DNA from: an uncultured Gammaproteobacteria bacterium
GTDB lineage: Bacteria; Pseudomonadota; Gammaproteobacteria; Arenicellales; JAANXG01
Assembly: GCA_947259705.1 (NCBI GenBank)
Contig: CAMYNL010000002.1
Span: 9,868 to 73,867, forward strand
Reading direction: 5' to 3'
DNA length: 64,000 nucleotides
Positions 37,073 to 44,866 of the stretch are shown here, in pieces; position 1 is the stretch's first letter, and each line of letters starts with the position of its first letter. Below the pieces are notes generated by a model. That model had not been told where the DNA came from. It saw only the letters and a program-made list of their open reading frames with translations, and made no database searches. Position numbers and translations under genes: made by a program.

Positions 37073-39469
37073 CTAGAAATTCATGCGCAGCCCAATCCAG
37101 GCGCCGAAGGGCGCCCCGGGCCCCACGAAACGCCGGGCTCCGGCGAACGCGGGACCCAGCACCTCCTCGGGTTCACCGAACACCCCGAAGGTCTCGTACT
37201 CGGTGTCGAACAGGTTGTTGACCCGCGCGAACAACTCGGCCCGCGGGGTGAAGCGGTAGGTGGCGTTCAGATTGAAGATGGCGAAACCGTCCAGGGGGTC
37301 GGCGGTGTTGGATTCGTCGCCGCGGAAGAACTGGTCGCTCTGCGTCATCATGTCGGCGCCGAGGGTAAGCCGGTCGTTGATGTCCCAGGCGGCACTGAGG
37401 CGCAGCAGGTGCTCGGGGATGCCCGGGATGCGGTTACCGGGGCTCACCACCAGGGCTTCCGGTGCCGGCCGGTCGGGGTCTGCCGGATCGCGCAGCGGGT
37501 GGTTGGGGGAGTTGACCAGGAACGCGTCGCGGAACTCGGCGTTGATGTAGGTGTAATGGGCAGCGTAACGCACCGACCCGGCGCTGCCGGTGAGGCTGAG
37601 TTCCAGTCCCCGGCGGCGAGTGTCGCCTATGTTGTCGAAGAAACCCTGGCTGGTGCTGCTGCCGTCGCTGATGAACAGGATATCGTCCTTGTTGAGGGCG
37701 TCGAAAAGCGCCACGCTCCAGCGCAGCCCGCCGATGGTGTCACCCCGCACTCCCAGTTCGAAGGTGCGCGTCACCACCTGATCCAGCGGCGGATCGTCAA
37801 CGAACGCGTTCGGCAGGCGACAGGGATCGTCCGGGTTGGCGCAAGTCAGTTCCGCCGGCGTGGGCGCCCGGCTCGACTCGGCGTAGGACCCGAACACAGT
37901 TATTCGCTCACGCGGGAACCAACTGACGGCGATCGCCGGATTCAGTCGGTCGAAATTGTGATCACCCGTCAGGCTGCTGTCATCGTCATCGTCCGCCGCC
38001 CCGTCGTCAACATCGTCCGCAGCGCCATCTTCGTCGTCGAGCTGATCGCGCAGCTTGATGTCCGTGTAGTTGTAACGCGCCGACAACGTGAGATCGAGCT
38101 GGTCCGACAGGGCGAACGTATCGCTGATGAACAGACCGCCGTGAAATGTCTCGGTATCGACGTCGGTGACGGAGGCCTGGTCGATGAAACCACTGCCGAT
38201 GGTGCCGCGGTCCCCGGTGAGGCGGGCCAGCTCAGTCCGTTGCTGGAAATTGGCATCACCGTAGTCAATGCTGGCACCGTAGAGGATGCGATGATTGCGT
38301 GCGCCGATCACCACATCACTGAAGGCCTGCAGGGAGCCTCCCAGGGCGTACTGGCTGGTTTCGCTGCTGTTCTCGGTAGCCCCCTCAACGTCTTCGGTAG
38401 CGGCGACGGGGTTGCCGAACTGGTCGAAGACGAGCTCCTCACCGTCGTCCTCCTCCTCGCAGACCAGGCCCTCGTTCTCCGGAGATTCGCATTCCTCGTA
38501 ATCACTGCCGTCACCGTTGAAGGTCTCGGTGTCGGTACTACGGTAATAGGCGATGCCGGTGAGCGTCGTACGTTCACTGGCCACCCACGAGGAGCGCAGG
38601 TTGAACTGCGCCAGACGGTTCTCGGTGATGTCCGGATGGGTGAAGACCGCTTCCCGGCCCTCGACTGCCAGCAGCTCCTCGGGGGCGGCGCCGTTGCCGC
38701 GCAGCTCGGAATCGGTCAGGGTGAGGGCAAGGTCGGTGTCCACGTTCTCACCCTGAAAGCTGTACTTGCCGAAGGCCTGCCCGAGTTCGCTGTCCGAGAA
38801 GTCCCGCCAACCGTCTTCGGTGAAACCCTCGGCGGTGAGGTACCAGGCACGGTCGCCGCGGTCGGCACCGGTTTCCGCCTGCAGCGCGAAACGCCCGAAG
38901 CTGCCGCCGTACGCCTCGACCCGCGTACCCGGATGGGTGAACCCGCTCTTGCTCTGCATGGCGATGGCGCCGCCCAGCGTGTTCAGCCCGAACAGGGGGT
39001 TCGAGCCAGGAACGAGTTCGAGCCGCGATACGGCCGAGTCGGGGATGGTGTCCCAGTTCACCACGTCCCCGAACAGTTCGTTGCGCCGCACGCCGTCCAC
39101 GTACACGGAGATGCCCTGTGGGAACCCGAGCAGGGAAGAACTGCCGAAACCGCGATAGAAAAGCTCCGGCTGGTAGGGGTTGTTCTGGGCGTCGTTGATG
39201 TGCACCGAGCCGAGGTTCTGGCGCATGAAGTCGCTGAGGTTGAGCGCGCCCGAGGCCCTGAGGTCCTCGTCGGTGGCCGCCTGCACATTGCCGGGAAACC
39301 GTTGGGCCTCGGTGGTGGCCGCGCCGCCCGGGGCGGTGATGATGATCTCCTCCTCCACCGGCTGCGCCATGGACGGGGCCCCGACCGCAAGCCCGTTGAG
39401 CACGGCCAGCGACAGCAGCACCGGCGGCGGGGCGCAATGTCTACGAACACCCGCGATCACGAAACGCAC
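37073..39469 (-). CDS. TonB-dependent outer-membrane receptor with two hyper-acidic inserts
   Basis: 798 aa with signal peptide, a plug region (ITAPGG...NLSDFMRQNLGSVHIN...YRGFG) and the C-terminal beta-barrel ending ...WIGLRMNF. The acidic inserts are GDGSDYEECESPENEGLVCEEEDDGEE and DDEDGAADDVDDGAADDDDD. Confidence 0.9.
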   Translation of the reverse strand: MRFVIAGVRRHCAPPPVLLSLAVLNGLAVGAPSMAQPVEEEIIITAPGGAATTEAQRFPGNVQAATDEDLRASGALNLSDFMRQNLGSVHINDAQNNPYQPELFYRGFGSSSLLGFPQGISVYVDGVRRNELFGDVVNWDTIPDSAVSRLELVPGSNPLFGLNTLGGAIAMQSKSGFTHPGTRVEAYGGSFGRFALQAETGADRGDRAWYLTAEGFTEDGWRDFSDSELGQAFGKYSFQGENVDTDLALTLTDSELRGNGAAPEELLAVEGREAVFTHPDITENRLAQFNLRSSWVASERTTLTGIAYYRSTDTETFNGDGSDYEECESPENEGLVCEEEDDGEELVFDQFGNPVAATEDVEGATENSSETSQYALGGSLQAFSDVVIGARNHRILYGASIDYGDANFQQRTELARLTGDRGTIGSGFIDQASVTDVDTETFHGGLFISDTFALSDQLDLTLSARYNYTDIKLRDQLDDEDGAADDVDDGAADDDDDSSLTGDHNFDRLNPAIAVSWFPRERITVFGSYAESSRAPTPAELTCANPDDPCRLPNAFVDDPPLDQVVTRTFELGVRGDTIGGLRWSVALFDALNKDDILFISDGSSTSQGFFDNIGDTRRRGLELSLTGSAGSVRYAAHYTYINAEFRDAFLVNSPNHPLRDPADPDRPAPEALVVSPGNRIPGIPEHLLRLSAAWDINDRLTLGADMMTQSDQFFRGDESNTADPLDGFAIFNLNATYRFTPRAELFARVNNLFDTEYETFGVFGEPEEVLGPAFAGARRFVGPGAPFGAWIGLRMNF

Positions 39470-39591
39470 TACCTCCTCCTCACTGTTTGCTCGCCTCGAC
39501 AGCGCGCCGGCGGGTCGATGAGCGGCCTGCTTCGCCGCGGCCGGGCGCGAAGTCCGGCCGTCCGCACATCACGATGCCGGTGTTGTTCCGG

Positions 39592-39921
39592 TCAGCTGCC
39601 GGGCCCTGCCTCATCGGTGGCGGGCTGAAAGGGCCCGAGCGCGGCGTTCAGCGCGCCAATATACTCAATCAAGGCCGCATTCGCAGCCGCATCGGTCCGC
39701 GCCAGTTCGCCGATGGCCCGTTTGAAACGCGCCACCTGCTCGTCGTGATCACGCAGCAGCCGTGCCAGCAGGGCCTGCTCGGACTCGCTGGCACTGCCGT
39801 ATTTCTTGTATTTCGCCTCCAGGCCCTGCAGCACCAGAAAATGCCGTTGCCTGGTGGCATCCATGGCGTTGTAGGCCTGCCAGGCGTGGCGCGCGGCATC
39901 GGGTAGGGGTTGGTCGAACAT
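39592..39921 (-). CDS. hypothetical helical protein downstream of the aor operon
   Basis: 109 aa with no recognised motif. A GC-rich hairpin (39931-39961, 11-bp stem) separates it from the MoaD-like gene. Confidence 0.45.
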   Translation of the reverse strand: MFDQPLPDAARHAWQAYNAMDATRQRHFLVLQGLEAKYKKYGSASESEQALLARLLRDHDEQVARFKRAIGELARTDAAANAALIEYIGALNAALGPFQPATDEAGPGS

Positions 39922-39986
39922 GGGCGGGGCGGGGGCGGCGAATCCCGGACTCGCCGCCCCCTGTCAGTCGCTACGGCCGCGGGCCG

Positions 39987-40238
39987 CTAGCCGCCGGCCA
40001 CCGGCGGCCAGATGGCCAGCACGTCGTTTTCCGCCAGCACCGGCTGCTCGCGGCGCTCGGGCGCCACGTAGCCGCCGTTGATGAGCACCAGGTGCGCCAT
40101 CGGACGCGGCACCTTGAACATGTCGATCACCTGGTTCGGCGTGGCATCGTCCGGAACCTCCACCACGGTCGCGTTTTCACGCGACTCCGCCGGCAGCAGG
40201 TCCCCCAGGGTGGCGAAAAGCTTCAAAGTAATCTTCAT
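39987..40238 (-). CDS. MoaD/ThiS-family ubiquitin-like sulfur carrier (ends ...PPVAGG)
   Basis: MKITLKLFATLGDLLP...VLINGGYV...DVLAIWPPVAGG*. Its ATG overlaps the upstream TGA (ATGA). 83 aa. Confidence 0.8.
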   Translation of the reverse strand: MKITLKLFATLGDLLPAESRENATVVEVPDDATPNQVIDMFKVPRPMAHLVLINGGYVAPERREQPVLAENDVLAIWPPVAGG

Positions 40239-41497
40239 ACCACATAGGCATTGAAGCCCACGGCCTGGGTGCGCGCCAGGTACGCCTCCATGATGCGCGT
40301 CGGGTCCTGGATCAGCCGGTCTTTCCATTCGCCCAGCCGGGTACGGCTCTGGATCAGGCCGCGCAGCACGCCGACATTATCGGTGAGACCAAGACTGGAG
40401 GCGCCCACCAGCAAGTCATCCGCGAACTGCAGGTTGAGGTACTTGAACCCGCCCGGATCGTTCAGCTCGGTGCTTTCGCCGCCGTCCACCCCCATCCACA
40501 TGCCGAAGGAACTGGAGATCAGCCCCATGGTGTCGAGCACGTTCATGTTGACGCTGCCCTGGTGGACCTGGGACATACCCGCCATGTTGCTGGCGGCTAT
40601 GCGCCCGTGGTCCGCGGCGGTGGGCTGGATCGCCTGCACCGAGTACTCGCCGGTGGAGAAATCCTTGCCCTGGCACACGTCGCCGGCGGCATAGATGCCC
40701 GGCTGGCTGGTCTCAAGATGGGTATCCACGAGGATGCCGTGGTCGGTGTCGATGCCCGACCCCTCCAGAAAACCGATATTGGATCGCACGCCGGTGGCGG
40801 AGATGACCATGTCGGCGCCGGCGGTCTCAGCGTTGCTCAACACCACGTTCAGCGCGCCGCCGGAGGCCTCGATGGCCTCCACCTTGGTCGAGGTATGGAC
40901 GCGCACGCCCTTATGCTCGCACCAGGCCTTGATCAGTCCGCCCGAAGCCTCGTTCATCATCCGCGGCACCATGCGGTTCTCCATCTCCACGACGGTGAGG
41001 TCAACCCCGCTGCTGGCCAGCGCTTCAAGTATGATACAGCCGATGAACCCGGCCCCCATCAGCACCACCCGGTTGCCCGGCTGGCACAGGCTGACGATGT
41101 TTCGTGCGTCCTCCAGGGTCCAGCAGTTGTAGACGCCCTGTGACTCCACGCCCGGCACCGGCGGCGTCGCAGGACTGGAGCCGGTGGCGATGAGCAGACG
41201 GTCGAAGGCGACGGATCCACCACCGGCCAGGCTGAGTTGCTTGCCGGCGGCGTCCACCGTGGCGACGCGATCCTGTACCAGGTCTATGCCGAGCCCGGCA
41301 AAATGATCCGCGCCCTTGCGCAGATGGGTTCCCTTCTCGTCTATCTGCTTGATCAGGAAATAAGGGATGGCCATGCGCGAGTAGGGCGGTTCCGGCTCGT
41401 CACCGATAATACTTATCTTGGCATCGGCGTCGAGCCGCCGTATGTGCTCGGCAGCGACGACCCCCGCTGGTCCCGCACCAATGATTACGTGATGCAT
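40235..41497 (-). CDS. aorC: FAD/NAD(P)-dependent pyridine nucleotide-disulfide oxidoreductase family, AorC-like subunit
   Basis: 420 aa with MHHVIIGAGPAGVVAAEH (FAD GxGxxG) and a second Rossmann VVLMGAGFIGCI. Its position after the AOR gene matches the AorABC operons. Confidence 0.75.
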   Translation of the reverse strand: MHHVIIGAGPAGVVAAEHIRRLDADAKISIIGDEPEPPYSRMAIPYFLIKQIDEKGTHLRKGADHFAGLGIDLVQDRVATVDAAGKQLSLAGGGSVAFDRLLIATGSSPATPPVPGVESQGVYNCWTLEDARNIVSLCQPGNRVVLMGAGFIGCIILEALASSGVDLTVVEMENRMVPRMMNEASGGLIKAWCEHKGVRVHTSTKVEAIEASGGALNVVLSNAETAGADMVISATGVRSNIGFLEGSGIDTDHGILVDTHLETSQPGIYAAGDVCQGKDFSTGEYSVQAIQPTAADHGRIAASNMAGMSQVHQGSVNMNVLDTMGLISSSFGMWMGVDGGESTELNDPGGFKYLNLQFADDLLVGASSLGLTDNVGVLRGLIQSRTRLGEWKDRLIQDPTRIMEAYLARTQAVGFNAYVV

Positions 41498-41520
41498 CGT
41501 GCACTCTCCATATTCTTTGG

Positions 41521-41550
41521 TAAAAAACGGGTGGGTCCTGAGGACCCACC
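41521..41550 (-). terminator. intrinsic terminator/attenuator between aorB and aorC
   Basis: The minus strand reads GGTGGGTCC-tca-GGACCCACC followed by cgtttttt. It is followed by SD GGAGA and the aorC ATG. Confidence 0.6.
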
Positions 41551-41597
41551 ACTGTTCGGCAATCTACACAAACAGCCTTTTGTTTTAGAGGAGGAGA

Positions 41598-43448
41598 TCA
41601 CAAACCCAGTCGTTGTTTGGTCTCATCGGTGACGACGCCGTCCGCCGTCCAGCCGCGGATCTTGTAGTACTCCGGCAGCATCTTGCCGAGTTCGTTCACC
41701 TTGCCCTGGGCCGGACCGGCGTTCGCAGCTTCTTCCAGCAGGCGCTTGGGCAGCGTGTCATCCTTGCCCGTCACACCGGCCAGGCGGTTGAACTCGCGTT
41801 CCATGTTCCAGATCCGTTCCCCCAGTTCCACCAGCTTCTCGGTGGTCCACCCGCCCTCGCAGGCGGCGTCGAGCTGCGGCGCCACGTCGTCCAGGGTCCA
41901 GGCAAAGGAGGTGAACACGCACAGGCCGCTGGAATCGAAGGCGGCGGTGGCGTCCTGGAAGGCCTTGACCAGCTCCGCCTTGCCCTCGGTGGCCAGCGGA
42001 TCGGTCTTTTCCGGGATGCCGAGGATCTCGGAGGCGACGGTGTAGCCGCGCAGGTGGCAGGCGCCGCGGTTGGAGGTGGCGTAGGCCAACCCCATGCCCT
42101 GGATGCCGCGCGGATCGTAGGCCGGAAATTCCTGGCTCTTCACGGTCATGGAGAGCTCGGGATGACCATACTTCTCGCACATCCTCCTGGAGCCCAGCGC
42201 CAGGTCGCGGCCGAAACCCTCACCCGCGGCCACCATCTCGACGCCATGCACCAGCGCCTCGGCGGAACCGAAATTGTAGGCCATGCCACCGGTGTGCTCA
42301 TTGGTGATCACGCCCATCTCGTAGAGCTCCATCGCCGCGGCGACGGTAGCGCCGAAGGAGATCGGATCGATGCCGTCCTCGTTGCACACGAAGTTGGCAT
42401 AGGTGATCGCATCGAGGTCATCAACGCCGTTGTCCGAACCCAGCGACCAGGCCGCCTCGTATTCCAGCCCGCCGGAGGCCTTCCAGTACTCGGGCTTGTT
42501 CTTGATGGTGAAGTGGCCCTGGTCGACGGTGGAGATGCGCCCGCAGGCGATGGTGCAGCCGAAACATGCCGCGTTGGTGGTCAGGTTGGGCTGACCATCG
42601 CTCGCGCGTGGCTCGTGCATCGCCTCGCCGGAGATCTTATGGGCGCCCTCGAACTGAGTCTCGCGCATGTTGCGGGTAGGCATCGCCCCCGACTCGTTTA
42701 TGACGTTCATCAACACCTGGGTGCCGTACTTGGGCAGGCCCTCGCCGGTCACGGCATTCTCGCGCAGCACCCGCTTGCCCTCCTCGGTGGCCTGCAGGAA
42801 ACGCATCGGGTCCTTGATATTGCCGACGCCCTTAGTGCCTCGAGCCACCACGGCCTTGAGGTTCTTCGACGCCATCACGGTGCCGACCCCGGAGCGGCCG
42901 GCGGCGCGGTGCAGGTCATTGACCACCGCGGAATAGAGGCAGCCGTTCTCCGCCGAGCGGCCCACCAGGGCGATCTTGATCAGGGCGTCCTGGTGCTTCT
43001 TGTGCAGGATCTCGTCGGCCTCCCACACCGATTTGCCCCAGATGTCACCGGCATCCATCAATTGGACGCTGTCGTCATGCACATACAGGTATACGGGCTT
43101 CGGCGACTTGCCCTCGAAGATGATCATGTCCCAGCCGGCGGCCTTCAGCTCGGCGCCGAAATAACCGCCGGAGTTGGAGCAGGCCACGGTGCCGGTGAGG
43201 GGGCTCTTGGTCACCACCGAGTACCGGCCGCCGGTGGAGGCCATGGTGCCGGTGAGGGGACCGGTGGTGACGATGAACTTGTTGTCCGGCCCCAGCGCGT
43301 CACAGGTGGGATCGACCTCCTCCACCAGGTACTTGGTCGCCAGCCCGCGCTGACCCAGGTACTGCTGGGCCCATTCCATGTTGAGCGGCTCTTCGGTGAT
43401 CTTGCCCTCGGTGAGGTTCACCCGCATCACTTTGTTGGTCCATGCCAT
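41598..43448 (-). CDS. aorB: tungsten-type aldehyde:ferredoxin oxidoreductase family protein (AorB-like)
   Basis: 616 aa from the ATG at 43448 (SD GAGGAGG). MAWTNKVMRVNLTEGKITEE...QYLGQRGLATKYL and the overall length are typical of the AOR family. Confidence 0.9.
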   Translation of the reverse strand: MAWTNKVMRVNLTEGKITEEPLNMEWAQQYLGQRGLATKYLVEEVDPTCDALGPDNKFIVTTGPLTGTMASTGGRYSVVTKSPLTGTVACSNSGGYFGAELKAAGWDMIIFEGKSPKPVYLYVHDDSVQLMDAGDIWGKSVWEADEILHKKHQDALIKIALVGRSAENGCLYSAVVNDLHRAAGRSGVGTVMASKNLKAVVARGTKGVGNIKDPMRFLQATEEGKRVLRENAVTGEGLPKYGTQVLMNVINESGAMPTRNMRETQFEGAHKISGEAMHEPRASDGQPNLTTNAACFGCTIACGRISTVDQGHFTIKNKPEYWKASGGLEYEAAWSLGSDNGVDDLDAITYANFVCNEDGIDPISFGATVAAAMELYEMGVITNEHTGGMAYNFGSAEALVHGVEMVAAGEGFGRDLALGSRRMCEKYGHPELSMTVKSQEFPAYDPRGIQGMGLAYATSNRGACHLRGYTVASEILGIPEKTDPLATEGKAELVKAFQDATAAFDSSGLCVFTSFAWTLDDVAPQLDAACEGGWTTEKLVELGERIWNMEREFNRLAGVTGKDDTLPKRLLEEAANAGPAQGKVNELGKMLPEYYKIRGWTADGVVTDETKQRLGL

Positions 43449-43461
43449 GTCGTGTACCTCC

Positions 43462-43980
43462 TCAGGCGCGCTGGTAAGAAGAGACGTCTTTCGACGCCGG
43501 CGTGTTGAAGCTCGCCTCGACCGGCTGGCTGCGCTGGGCCCAGGCGCGCATGCGGTCCAGGCCCGTGTGATCTCCATCCACGTAGGTGATGGCACCGGTC
43601 GGGCAGGCCTTCGCGCACCAGGGGTCGCCGCCGCACAGGTCGCACTTCACCACCTTGCCCGATGCCGAGTTGTAGTTCACGGTGCCGAAGGGACAGGCGA
43701 TGGTGCAGACCTTGCAGCCCACACAGGTATCCTCGAGCACCTCCTTGGCGCCGGTGGTCTCATTCACCACGATCGCCTCGACCGGGCAGGCATGCATGCA
43801 CCAGGCCTCGTCGCACTGGGTGCAGGTGTACGGCGCGAAACGGCCCGTGTCATGAAACATGAAGACCTTGATGCGGGACTTGGAGGGGTTGAACACCCCC
43901 TCGTTCTCGTAGGAACAGGCCATCTCGCACTGCAGGCAACCAGTGCATTTTTCTGGCTCCAGCTTGAGCGCTCTCAGCAT
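43462..43980 (-). CDS. aorA: 4Fe-4S polyferredoxin-like electron-transfer subunit (AorA-like)
   Basis: 172 aa with four Cys clusters (CTGCLQCEMAC, CTQCDEAWCMHAC, CVGCKVCTIAC, CDLCGG..WCAKAC). SD GGAGGAG. Confidence 0.85.
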   Translation of the reverse strand: MLRALKLEPEKCTGCLQCEMACSYENEGVFNPSKSRIKVFMFHDTGRFAPYTCTQCDEAWCMHACPVEAIVVNETTGAKEVLEDTCVGCKVCTIACPFGTVNYNSASGKVVKCDLCGGDPWCAKACPTGAITYVDGDHTGLDRMRAWAQRSQPVEASFNTPASKDVSSYQRA

Positions 43981-44079
43981 TGCAAAACTCCTCCGGATTT
44001 TCTCGTGGCTCTCGGTGGCTGAATATCATACAGGGTCAGCGCGGCGTTGCCGCGTAAACCGTGATAGCCATACGTTACC

Positions 44080-44095
44080 TGCAACTTGCGTGCCA
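44080..44095 (-). promoter_or_regulatory. sigma-54 promoter of the aor operon
   Basis: The minus strand reads TGGCACGCAAGTTGCA, a perfect TGGCACG-N4-TTGCA, about 100 nt upstream of the aorA ATG. Confidence 0.75.
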
Positions 44096-44179
44096 TGGAT
44101 GCGCGGCGCCTGTCTCGCGCCTAAACAGGCGGCCGGGGGCCTGGTCAGCCTCAGATTTGTTGCATACGCGCCTGGCGAT

Positions 44180-44195
44180 GTCCCAATAATGGGAC
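44180..44195. promoter_or_regulatory. perfect palindrome, candidate enhancer (UAS) for the AcoR-like activator
   Basis: GTCCCAATAATGGGAC lies about 90 bp upstream of the -24 element of the aor sigma-54 promoter. Confidence 0.3.
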
Positions 44196-44208
44196 ACCCG
44201 CGCGGGCT

Positions 44209-44649
44209 TTACCCGTCGTTGATCTGCAGGCGGACCTCGGTCACCTGGTCGCCGGCGACGAAGAAGGCCCGCAGCCGGTCTCCGACCGCGGCGTGGGGCG
44301 CGGCGATCACGTACAGGGCATCCGGATAGGCATGCAGCGCCAGGTCGGTGGCCGACGGATAGGCCGGCGCCTCGACATGGGAATGGTAGATGCCCAGCAG
44401 ATCCTCGCCCTGCTCCGCCATCGCCCGCATTGCCGCCAGCTGGCTGCGCGGTTCCATATCGAAATGCTGCCGGCGGTCGGCGGCGGCGTTGCGGGCGGGA
44501 TAGGCAGCGCGCACCATGCCGCCTTCGCCGCCGATCAGGCCGCACACCTCCTCGTCCGGGCTGCCGGCGGCATGGGTCAGGATGGCTTCCGCCACCGCCC
44601 GGGGGAAGGCGACCAGCGCCTGCGGCTGCCGGCGATCCGCGTCAGCCAT
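44209..44649 (-). CDS. JAMM/MPN+ (Mov34) metalloprotease-family protein
   Basis: EEVCGLIGG ... GIYHSHVEAPAYPSATD carries the E...HxH-x7-S-xx-D JAMM motif. The ATG at 44649 is preferred over the ORF-track start at 44742. Confidence 0.75.
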   Translation of the reverse strand: MADADRRQPQALVAFPRAVAEAILTHAAGSPDEEVCGLIGGEGGMVRAAYPARNAAADRRQHFDMEPRSQLAAMRAMAEQGEDLLGIYHSHVEAPAYPSATDLALHAYPDALYVIAAPHAAVGDRLRAFFVAGDQVTEVRLQINDG

Positions 44650-44830
44650 GACCGTCAGCGCGCCGGCGCCGGCGCCGGCCCGCCACCGGTGGCAGCGGTC
44701 CGCTCGAGGCGGGACACAACCGTCTCGGTTTTGTATCGTCAACTGTAATCAAGGTACACTGCCCGAAGGTCTCACATCTGCCGTGAATACAACAACATAA
44801 CACGAGTTGACGGCACGCCGGGCGGGACCA

Positions 44831-44846
44831 TGGCACGGTGTTTGCT
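44831..44846 (+). promoter_or_regulatory. sigma-54 promoter-like element directly upstream of the AcoR-like regulator gene
   Basis: TGGCACGGTGTTTGCT is a perfect TGGCAC-N5-TTGC. Its 3' end lies 20 nt before the ATG at 44867. Confidence 0.55.
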
Positions 44847-44866
44847 CCCTACAGGGTTCGGATTCG

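Noticed and set aside
37064-39628. 854-aa plus-strand ORF
   Set aside because: It is antisense to the TonB-dependent receptor, which has a plug region, a barrel and a terminal Phe. Shadow ORF.
41613-43508. 631-aa plus-strand ORF
   Set aside because: It is antisense to the AOR-family gene. Shadow ORF.
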